Shown here piece after piece: positions 53,191 to 64,000 of a stretch of DNA of 64,000 nt. Position 1 is the first letter of the stretch, and each line of letters starts with the position of its first letter. Source of the DNA: Epiperipatus broadwayi (Eukaryota > Animalia > Onychophora); contig JAQFVV010000002.1 of assembly GCA_028023455.1 (NCBI GenBank), positions 23,684,001-23,748,000 of the forward strand. The letters are read 5' to 3'. The position numbers and the translations under genes are program-made. A model generated the notes under the pieces. It was given only the letters and a program-made list of their open reading frames with translations. It made no database searches and had not been told where the DNA came from.

Positions 53191-53345
53191 CTACAATAGA
53201 CTCAAGAGTTAAAGAAATCTGATGATAAATTTTAAATTTGAGGCTATCAATTTCATCTAAACTTCTTTGATATTAAAGGAGGGTGGTTTTGAAATGATTT
53301 ATGGGAAGTTTATTTCTATCATATATATAAATAAAAACTTCTGAA
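52190..53345. repeat. Family H repeats (52190-52450 with inverted cap; 53197-53345)
   Basis: Direct repeat of ~140 bp (tagattcaagagtt...gatggttttgaaatgatt). The first copy is preceded by an inverted segment at ~52190-52265. Confidence 0.6.
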
Positions 53346-54109
53346 TAATATTTAATTTATATCTGTAGCCTGTAAAAATCTCTTTAATATATATATATGT
53401 TTTGTACCTAGTTGATTTTCTTTTAAGAGGGTTTATTTATTAATAGATGAATCATGGTTATTGTGAATTTTAATTAATATAATTTGTTTTTCTTGTATAT
53501 AAAATCCCTAATTTCTCTGTTGTCTGATTGGTGAATGTTTCTTCATAAGGCTGTCACATGTCAAATTCACAACTATAAGAGTTATCTGTAATGGTCAAAC
53601 ATCAAATATAACAGGTATATTTAATACTTTAAATTTTAACATAGCTTTATTAATATCTTGCAGGTACATTTCCGAACTGCATCAAACAAGCGTGGTTATT
53701 CCAAACATTTTTTTTTTCAATTGTGAATGTCTCACACTTATTTATATAATATTAAAATCTTTTGTTTAATTTACATTAAATCTTAAAAAAATTGTTAAAG
53801 CAACTAATTCAAAAAACTGCTACAAAAACGACAGGTTATTAATAAAAACTTATGTTTGCTCATAATGCTGTCATTCCGCCATTAATAACAGTATTTTTTT
53901 TTATGAAGCAGTTGTCCATAATTATCAAAATCTTTTTTACATTTACATTAAATCTTAAAGAAAAAAACCCAACGAATTGTTAAAGTGACCAATTAAAAAA
54001 AACAACTTTTCCAACATCTGCAGTATATATATATAAATTAATAAAAACAGACAATACTAAACAACACCAATATCAATCAACAATCTCAACTATTTATATA
54101 TTTGAAGTG

Positions 54110-54790
54110 GTTGGTGCCAAATTTATAAAAGTGATTAAAAGAACACAAACTGAAAATTAGAAATTAAAAAAAAACAACAGATGCATTTAAAAAAGCAGAT
54201 CATGTGTATCCATAAATGTATATTCCATTAGAAAATGTCAAAAATATTGGCCAGAAAAGAAAAAAGCACAATTAAATTTGTTTATAGGAGTTGCCCACAT
54301 GATAATAGCAAACAACATCACAGACCATTTATTAACTTTGTCCTTAAGAAAAAAGTGGAGATATTAGGACTCTCATAAATAATTATATGAAATTTCTATT
54401 GACTTGCCTTTGACAGAATAGTTTACTTGGTTAAAATCTTGCCTTAAATTCACATTCACGAATCTAAAGATCCCAGGTTCAATTTCCTTGCTAATACTAT
54501 TACTGGTTAGGCCAGAAATATTTGAGAATAATACCATTTGAAACATTGTTTTATTAATTAATCTGTGTCCTACTAAAAACAGTTGAATGTAAGTGAAAAT
54601 TTTAACTACAATTTGAATTTTTCTAAAAACATTTAATATTAGATGATGGCAATAGTTCAGCATACAACATGGGTTAATATATAACACAACATTGAGTGGT
54701 ATTATTCTCCTCTTTTCTTCAGATGTTGGTCATCTAACCAGGATTTTTAGATTTATGAAATATAAAATTTAAGGCGTTGCTCTTTTAATT
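54110..54790 (+). mobile_element. PLE P1 locus c: ORF 3' end, pLTR (family A), plus a short inverted piece
   Basis: 54110-54420 matches the P1 C-terminus and 3'UTR (attaaaagaacacaaactga...). Family A at 54420-54670 and inverted family A at ~54695-54790. Confidence 0.7.
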
Positions 54791-55379
54791 ACTTTTCAAT
54801 GGAGTGACTGTTTTCATCAATAAACATTATTCTACATTCACACAGTATTTCATAGATGCAGGTTTAACTTTTCAGAATTTTAAGTTTAAATTTTGTAGAT
54901 GTTAGAATTTATCATACTGTGCTATGGTTTTGGAAAGCTGTTCTGATATACCTGGCATGTATGGATACACTGCTGTACAATTACTGTTTTTTTTCTTTTC
55001 ATGTGTTTTGTTGCATATTTCAGTTTTCTTAATAAGAATTTATTCAATTACTGATTTCTCAACATACTGCAAAGTTCTATAATGATAGTAAAATTCCATG
55101 TTTTATATCCAGTCACAATTACATGTTTATGATCAGTATTTTGCTGTGTGTGTGTGTGGATTTTCTGCAGACTGTAGTTTAATTTTGTATGGGGAGACTT
55201 TGTCACAAAAACAACTAAGAATGCTAACAAATTTTATTCTTATTCTGATTCTATAGCAAATGTAATTGAAGGGAATATGTATAATAATATTTCACTGTAC
55301 AGTAAGATCAGACTTTAAATGGATATGGAACAGAATTTATGACTATGGTTTCATGTTTTTCCATGTAAATGTTGCTAAT

Positions 55380-56985
55380 CATTAAGGATAACAATGGTGA
55401 GCTCACAGTCATCCTTTGATTTTGTCAGAAGAATTCTGCAATGTATTGAAAGCATGTTGATATTATATAGATTTAATCAAGAAATAAAAATTGAAAGTAC
55501 TGTCATATTGGTAAGCTTTGAAGTGGAAAGTTTATTCACAAATATAACCTGTGAAAAAAATTGTCTATTGTAAGAAAAACATTAAATATTAATAATAGCT
55601 TACAGGGTTGAACAATTCTTCCTATTAATACTATAATGGAACTAATACTTTGTGTAATAATACATACTTTCAAAACAATACAGAATTCGTCCAACAAAAT
55701 CAAGGGAGGCTAACGGCTGACCACTATCACTCCAGATTTGCAGCAACATTTGTATAAAAAAAACTTGAAATCACAACCACAAATACTATTGCATATCCAC
55801 TTAAAATCTGGCTTTCTTATGTTGATTATATAATAAAGCAGTACTACATCAATAACATATTTCCTTCGATTAAATTCACAATACAATCATAACAAAACAA
55901 AAATTGCCATTCCTATATATTCTTGCTGCAAGACTCCCACATGATAAAATTGAACACCCAGAAAAATACTAAGCACATACTGGCAGAAACAGAAAGCATG
56001 GAGTTATATTTTCATTATAAAACAAAGCAAAAAAAAATCTGCTCAGAAACCGGTGAATTTGAAAAAAAAATCTACATAAAATAAACTCTCATGAAAAATA
56101 GTTATCTACTAACCGTCATTAAAAAATTCTTAAACAGACAAAATAAAAACATCGAAAGTAAAAAACAATTATTACTATGGTAGTGTATCAATATATCTAT
56201 ATACCAGGAATAACAGAAAAAAAAAAAAACAAAGAAAATCGGCTATCAATATAACTTCCCAAACGAATAGCAACACTATGAGGAATCCTAACCTCTACAA
56301 AACCTAAACTTAAAATGATGAAAAATAAAAAATATATCCATGAAATATCATGTAAATGTGGAACAATAATATATATTGATGAAACCAGTCATCTATCGAA
56401 AATTAATCAAAAGAACACAAACTGATGATTAGAAAAGAAAAAAAAAGATAAATCTAAAGTAGCAGACGACATTTGGATAGAAAGAAAAAAGTACAAAAAA
56501 AATTCAAAGAAGATGGCCCCCCGACAATGATAAATAATACCATCAATCAATCTAGTATGATAATTCATAATGTTTGGAAGCCATTAATTAACCTTGCTCT
56601 TAGAAAAAAAAAAGGCAAAATCAGGAGGAATTCATAGACAAGTATATGAAACTTCTACTGACTGTTTTATGATAATTTTGAATGAACTCCTATTGATTGT
56701 TGACATTGATAAAATAGCCTAGTTGGTTGAGTGTAACCTCAAATTTAATATTCAGGATTCTCATGCTAGTGTTGGCCAGATCATGAACACCTGAATAAGA
56801 GAATAGTACCACTCAAAACATTGCCATATAGTAACCTGTACCACTCAAAACATTGCCATATAGTAACCTGTATGCTATTCCTAAAAGTTGAATGTATGTG
56901 AAATGCTTAAAATAAAGTTCGAATTTTTCTAAATACATTCACCAATTAATATTAGACGACAGAAATAGTCCAATATATAATTACT
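55380..56985 (+). mobile_element. PLE P1 locus d: RT/GIY-YIG remnant and pLTR (family A)
   Basis: SFDFVRRI, ILVSFEVESLFTNI, QQNQG, HEISCKCG..YIDETS motifs. Family A at 56715-56985 with an internal 32-bp tandem duplication (56806-56869). Confidence 0.78.
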
Positions 56986-59124
56986 AATAAAATGATTGTT
57001 AATTCTTATAGAGATGGTTATTCTGATAATGAAAATTAATAATGGTATACTTCGGTTATAAGCGATTGTTTTACGTTTGCTGGGCTTTCAGGAAAGGAGG
57101 ATGACACATTATAAATGGCTCTTGGAAAATAGATCATTTCCAGTGCCTACATTTATTTGAAAATGCTATATATTTTTAGTATTTATACATACATGCAGGT
57201 ATAAGTATTTGTGACTTTATTCACAACGCTATTCAAATATCATTCAGTAAATAAATCTCTTGGATTTGACTAACAAAAGTTCGTACAAATATATTATATA
57301 TATTTCTGGCTAGTTTCGAGATTAATTTACCTATTTCTGTATATACATTATTTCAACCCTACGATATTTCCCTAAATGCCATACATCAACTTTTTAAAAA
57401 TTTAAAAAAAGGAAACAACTTCTACAATTCTATAATAATAGCAGAAGAGATTTGTACAATATAATCTCAGTTAAATAAATCTTGCACCCATTTGTAACAG
57501 ATACCTCATATTTCTTCATAACGCCACACTTTAAACACATGAACGAGCGTCATGGCATGAACTCTAAGGTGTGTTTGAAAACTGATAATCAAGTTACATT
57601 TTAAAATAAAATTCACCAATGCTATGAATACTGTCTAATTTCACAAGCACTATATACATGCAGCGTACATTATAAAAAATATTTAAGTTTATTTATCATA
57701 AGTATTTGAAATGATAATATATGAAAAAAAGTTCATTTTATTACTCAGCAATTTGAAGATAATTTGTTTTGTTGCAGGTTTAAAAAAAAATAGATTGTTT
57801 AAACTTCACTATAGTATAAATTATAATGTGGAAAGGATATTATAAAAAGAGAAAAGAAATTACTATACAATGTAAAAAAAAAAAAACGTGATATGTTTTA
57901 TTTTTCCAAAAAAATTATAACGACGGGTTTATAAGGTTTATGAAGAAACGTTTGCATTTTAATATAAAAGGAAGCATGGCTCACCTTGGTAAATGACATG
58001 ATAGATGAAGGCCATTAATTTTGATAACAAAATAGAAAAGATATAAAAAATTACAACTCAAGTATTTAATATTAACAGCTAAAGTTCTGATAAAGATTAA
58101 CTTTTTTTTTTGGTACTATTTATTGTTTTATAGTTATTTATGTCTACAATTTATGACAAAAGTTTTAAATTTGCGTTATATTGAATAGTTTCCAAGATGA
58201 TTTTCTTTAAGCGATTACCTACTTTCTGCATTCTGCGTTGGACCTGTTTGCTCCACATATTTAGTATTACCGCGTCCCTTTCAATGTCAATAACTTTCAA
58301 AGATTTTTAAAGTTTTTATCTCAGCCAAGATTTTCTTCTTTTATTTAAGTAGCAGAAATTATAAATTACTAATAATTATACTTATATATAGATTTTTCTT
58401 CAAATTCAGGTTTTTGTAAATCAAAAGTAGTTTTTTATCAATCAAATTGTTTTTTTAAAATTTTAATTATAAAAACAATAAAACAATCTAGTCCACATTT
58501 AAATAAAAATAAATTTAAAAGGGGGGAGAGGGATCTCCTGCCAAATGAATAATAAAATTAAAATTTAATCAAAAATGAATGCCACTCCATCTAGTGAATC
58601 AGATTTGCCTCTGGCTAGACAGCAATTTCAAAAGTGTCCACGAATTATAAGATCCAATTCATCACAAACATTAACATATGTATTAAGTTCAACAAGTCCA
58701 GCTATTCAATCAAATTGTCGTAAGTATATCGTAGACCTCCACACAATTGCATAAATAAAGATAAAAAGGAAATTTTGATAAAATGTTTTGGAGAAGATAA
58801 ATTGATTGCTGAATCCATCAAAATAGCAGGAATCAATAAAAAATGTTTATAGTAACTTAATACAACAAGGACAGTGGAATAATTGTGGGAAAAAACCTAT
58901 GATGGCAAAAGAAATTTTAATCCATACATAATATTAAAAAATATTCATAGTAAGATTATGGAACGTCAACATTTCAACTTAAGCATGTCAATTATATAAT
59001 GCATTGAAAGGTCTATGAATTATTTTAAAAAATGCAGCAATACAAGTAGACCAATTGTACCAAAAAAAATTCAGAAACAAAAGTTGTATGAATCATTTTT
59101 AGCTCAACAAGCCCCATAAACACT

Positions 59125-59875
59125 AAACATCATATGACCATCATTTCTTATACTTGCTCATAACTGTTATTAAAACAGGCAAAACTCTCCTCTCCATACA
59201 TTAGTGCCATTCAGTGCAAGCCAGAGTAATCAATGACTGCCTTCTATAGTGCATGCCATTTTTTCCATACACGTTTCCACAGATAATAGAATTTTGGTGA
59301 GCTTACAGCAGGCAGTGGAATTGTTTAAATAGACAGTTGTCAAAGCTTTTAAAATTTAAATGTGTATGTTAAATTTTCATTTGCACAAAACAATTTGGAG
59401 GGTACTTTGGTATTAACCCACAAATATATAAAGTTTTAGATGTAAATGGTGATCATGTGATGTTTAGTGGTTTGATACCAGTTCTGCCTAATAGGATAGT
59501 GGTGGCTATGGTTATTAAAGAAGCAAAGACACAAAAATGTATGGATACTGAACTGAGTTTGGACCTATTTGACTATATAAGCTACTGAGCTTGGATTGAA
59601 AGTATTATGTTTTCATTTTAGACTCATAGTTTTGTAGTTAAGTAAAGATAAAAGATGGTTGCTGGAGAGTTGCATTAGATTCTAAGATCTAGGTGCAGTG
59701 CTTTCACATCCAAAGCTCCTCACTGATGAATGTCACAAGCTAGAAACTAGTCTGGGGATATTGGATTAGTAGGCACTAGATAGGGAATTTATGCACAAGC
59801 CTTCTGACATCCATTGATTACTCTGGCTTGCATTGAGTGGCACTACTGTGTGGAGAGTTTTGCCTGTTTTAATAA
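59125..59875 (-). mobile_element. Long family B insertion with long inverted segment
   Basis: TSD ccccataaacac on both sides (~59113-59124 / ~59877-59888). Contains the hammerhead motif at 59717-59758. Confidence 0.85.
59717..59758 (+). ncRNA. Minimal type I hammerhead motif, family B (GUC intact, stem II decayed)
   Basis: TCCTCA-CTGATGA-ATGTCACAAGCTA-GAAAC-TA-GTC-TGGGGA, with palindromic stem III ACTAGT. Confidence 0.65.
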
Positions 59876-62800
59876 CCCCCATAAACACATGAAGAAATAA
59901 TATTTATTGATAAATCTAGTTTTAACTGTCACATTTGATAAGAAAAGGCATGATCAAGAGTTAATATATCTGCTTGCATAATATCCAACTGTTAGAGGAT
60001 GTAACATTACTCTAATTGCTGCAATGAATATTCATGGCGTAACATGTAAACAGATCATTGCAAACTCCTCTGTTGTTGGTTAATTTTAGATAATGCTGCA
60101 GTCCACAAGATCCAAAAAGTGCACAATATTGTTGGTGAAACAAGTTATAAATTGGCTTTTCTCCTCTATATTCGCAAATGTTAAATCCAATTGGAAAAAA
60201 TATTTTCTAGAGTAAAGTTTAGTGCAAAAGATTTGTTAGCAGATCCTGCAAAATAGAATGTAAATTTAGTGGATGTAATTGAAGCATCTGTTTGAACCAT
60301 CATATCTGCTTATTGCAACAGTTATTATCTAGATATGTCAATGAGTTTGCCATTAGTTGTTGTGGGAGAGCCACTGCATTAATTTTATATTTTTGTTAAA
60401 AATTATTATAATTGTTTCATTGTTTTTATTAATAAAATTTACAAAAAACTGAATTTGATTTACGAAAACCTGAATTTGAAGTAAAAAACATATAAAATAC
60501 CAGTTTCAGAGATCCTCAATATTTTCAATAATTAAAAAAAAAAAACAAAAAAAAACAAAACAGGTCAGATTAAAATGACAGATTATTTACTGAGAAATTA
60601 TGAAGTAGAAGATAAATTGGATAGAATATAAACTTACAAACAAAAAGGATTCTCAAATAAAAAAAAAAAATTGTGTAAAATAAGAAAAAAACAGCAATTG
60701 ACTAATGGCCTAAAAAAAGAAAATGTGTAGGACTGTGTATATCTGAAAATTAAAGCATTGAATAGAGAGGTTTTCCAGAATTGTTGATCTGATACAGCGG
60801 ACATTTGGAAGATAGCAAACATAAAAGTTGCCCGCATTAATCATGCCAATCTCATCCCACTATCATTATGAACTTTAATAAATAAAGTCTTCATTAGCAT
60901 TATATACAAAAAGCCAATTCATATAAGTAATAATCTAATAATAAGAAAAATGTAATCTTTCCAATTAAACAAGTAATATGTCTAAATGTGCTAAAACACA
61001 GGTATTGCTGAAGCTAATTACAGCTAATAAAATTAATGACTGAACACTTTTGAGAAGTTTTGACTACTTTTCTGTATATAAGTTTATTTTATTAATAACA
61101 ATATAATACTTTAAAATACAATATATTATAACGATCGGGGAGGAGGGAGACTTAACGTATCTGCACTACAGGGTGCCACTAGGCATTTAAACTTAGAAAA
61201 TTTATATAGTAGGCAAGATATGTAAGTTTTAAAAAAATTATATTGGTTGATTCCGATCGTTAGCCCATTGTCACTGATTCCGATCGTTAGCCCATTGTCA
61301 CTAGCTCAGCAGAGAAGCCGAGATTTATATTTATATAAATTCTTATCTAAGAATATTTCAATATTAAAGAACAAAATAAGCCACTGCCAGTAATTAACAC
61401 ACAAACATTTATTTACGCACATATATATAAAATTTAGCATTATTATCTTAGTATGTTTACTTTAGCATTTCAAAATTTAACTTACATTTTTAACTTTGAT
61501 TTTAGATTTTAATTTACATTTTTATTTTTATAAGTTCGCACAGATGGATTTATAAAAGTTTGTTTTATAATGTTGAGTATAGATCGGTTACATAGATTAT
61601 ACGGTTAAAATCATTTCAAATAAACACAAACGATCAAAATATAAAGTCATTGATGGAATTGCAGAGGGAAATTTATAAGAAACCCAATGGCATTCATCAT
61701 AAGATGCCGCATTGACACCAATAACTTAAAAGACATCCGAATAAATACATTTTAGATACTCACCATAAGGTATCATTATTTACTGAATGTCTATATATTT
61801 TGATCAAATATGAAAACCAAAAACATAATTAACCGATAATGAATCCATGCAAGCATCTATACCCAACTTAAATTTAATGCATTTAGAGTGTCGAGTATGA
61901 ATAGACTACATAGATTGCATTTGAAAAGAAAATATTTTATCCCTTATTTAACCTTAGGCCAAAAGTTCGCAGTTAAACCAACGTCAATCCATCTGATATA
62001 TCAATGTATTCAATGTAATACGAATACGACAGCACAAATATACATTAAAAGAAGAAATTGACTCTCGTCAAGATAGGAATACTACATCTATTTGACGAGA
62101 AGAGTAATAAAAGAAAAACTCCATAGGAAGGGACAGCGTTCTCCATCATTATCTCTTCCATAGGCAAAACGGGAGTATGCGGCATATACTAGCGATTCTG
62201 CCTGTAGCGAACCTCGTACGACATCTAATTATACCAATATATCCAATCCATTGACCTAATTCAACTACGAAATGAATAACCTAAGATTACCCTCCCCTAA
62301 TAAAACCTTCACAAATCTATATAGCCATTCACGCCCGACTTAAATTTAACATTTATATACTTTAGTTTAACGAAAAACAGAAATCATAGTAAAAACTTAA
62401 AGAACAAAAAAAAAAAAAATGGAAATGATTTTACAAAAGAAATACATCAAATAAAAGGAATGAATAAATAATTTAGTTTGGTCAGATAGAAAATACTATT
62501 GCGATAATTTCTGAAAGGTTTAGAATTTAGAGTTTGTTTTGAAAATGTTCATAAAGTTCTTACGATTTTTAAAACGTTCCTCTTTATCCGTTGCTTGCAA
62601 TATTGAATGCGAATTCCCACGCCGTCCTGAAGAGATTTCTATCCAGTTAGCCATTTTATTTATTCATCTGGAGGTCTTATTTTGGCTGGACCTCAATGTA
62701 GAAAATGATGTCATTTCTCTTTCTTTTTTTAGCAGAACTGAAGGGATTGAAGAGTGTGTCTTTTCAATCCCTTCTCCTTCAACTCCGCACTAACATGTAT

Positions 62801-63670
62801 GACCACCGCTATCACACATCTCCCTCAGCTCTTTCTTCATTCACTCTTTATAGTAGACTTTCAGATCCAGTGATCATTATGTCACGGTGCTGGTGATGGT
62901 CTTTTCGCTGAGGTCCGATTCCATGAGTGATTTCTTTTATTGGCCATTCTGATCCCATTGTTTTTCTCTCCTATCTGACCTTTGCTTATACATTTTAAAT
63001 GCCCAAGGGCTAGTTTACATTTAACTAATTAAAACAATCATTTCCATTTTATGATTAATTAATGTTTTTTCCAAACTTAAAGATATATTTTTATCTCTAA
63101 ATCTTTTTAAGTTTTTGTTGAAAATTTAGTTTTAAAACTTTTCCTTTTTTTTTAAAATAAAGTTTCGTCTAATAATTTTTTAATTTCTCATCTGTGCAAT
63201 TTTATATATTAGAGTTTAGATGATTTTTTTAATTTACAATTTTTAATTCTTAAAAAAAGAAGTTTTTATTTGCAAACTTTTATTTCTTTCATGTTTAATA
63301 ATAATAATAATAAAAAAAAAATGTAACGGCGGATGTGCCCATTACAATATGCTTATTTTCATATCAATAAAAAACATTTTCTATGGCAGTAATTTATTTA
63401 TTTATAAATATGTGTACAAATTAATTTATTTTTTTGCAAAAAATTAAAGATCATCTTTGAAATTTTATTTGGATAATAGAAATTTTTGAAAAGGTATTGC
63501 ACTTAATAATGTCAATGTTGTATTTTCTTTTTGTTCTAATTTTTAAAAATTAAAATTGTTGTTTCATTTATCAATATGATTTATATTATTTCATTATTTA
63601 GTTTGCTCAAGAACTTTTATTTTATGAATTAAAAATGAAGATATTTGTACATAAAATTCTTTGGTAATTA

Positions 63671-63888
63671 AACATCACATGATCACCATTAGATCATCCT
63701 AAGATCTAGATGCAGTGCTCTCAGATCCAAGGCTCCTCACTGACGAAGGCCACAAGCCAGAAACTAATCTGGGGATATTGGATGAGTAGGCACTAAATGG
63801 AGATTTTATGCACAAGCCTTCTGGCGGCATCCATTGATTACTCTGGATTACACTGAGTGGCAATACTGTATGGAGAGTTTTGCCTGTT
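63671..63888 (-). mobile_element. Family B copy: short 3' end and inverted body with hammerhead motif
   Basis: 14-bp TSD ttctttggtaatta at 63657-63670 and 63889-63902. Hammerhead at 63734-63775: TCCTCA-CTGACGA-AGGC-CACAA-GCCA-GAAAC-TA-ATC-TGGGGA. Confidence 0.88.
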
Positions 63889-64000
63889 TTCTTTGGTAAT
63901 TATAAAGATGTTCATTAGAGCTGCCGGAGACTAAAGATGATTTGAAAAATGGAATTGTTTAGATAAGCAAACATATAAAATATATTTAGAACAGTTTATA

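Larger units (their letters stand above)
58389..60490 (+). mobile_element. IS630/Tc1-mariner-like DNA transposon, decayed, interrupted by family B
   Basis: TIRs of ~90-100 bp (~58389-58490 / ~60400-60490) in TA context. Transposase remnant from ATG ~58575 with EIIFID, LDNAAVHK and LNPI motifs. Confidence 0.8.

Noticed and set aside
58575-58754. ATG exon MNATPSSESDLPL... with a perfect gtaagt donor as a host first exon
   Set aside because: It lies inside the TIRs of the IS630/Tc1-like element and continues as the decayed transposase N-terminus.
61248-61301. CRISPR-like direct repeat
   Set aside because: Two adjacent copies with no spacer in eukaryotic DNA; this is a simple tandem duplication.

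Overview
AT-rich, CpG-depleted eukaryotic (probably invertebrate) DNA dominated by decayed transposable elements. No complete host gene can be supported; there are only a few low-confidence orphan terminal exons. Recognisable content: a young 2,932-bp hAT/Buster transposon (16-bp TIRs, perfect 8-bp TSD, transposase broken by one frameshift and one stop); three hAT MITEs and an older hAT remnant; an IS630/Tc1-like element; RTE and L1/Tx1 LINE fragments; an RPLP2 processed pseudogene; four tRNA-Gly(TCC)-derived cassettes; and ORF remnants of two Penelope-like element (PLE) lineages (RT + GIY-YIG). The most notable structure is a set of at least six unrelated short repeat families that share one PLE-type architecture: an inverted 5' cap, a 27-60-nt 3' tail missing from the cap, and 10-14-bp TSDs. 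Four families carry hammerhead-ribozyme cores. At four loci, family A directly follows the 3' end of a PLE ORF, so it is the pLTR/3'UTR of that element. It begins with a tRNA-like (Pol III A/B box) module followed by a hammerhead-like core, and it also occurs as solo SINE-like insertions. All alignments and folds were done by eye, so coordinates of decayed repeats are approximate.
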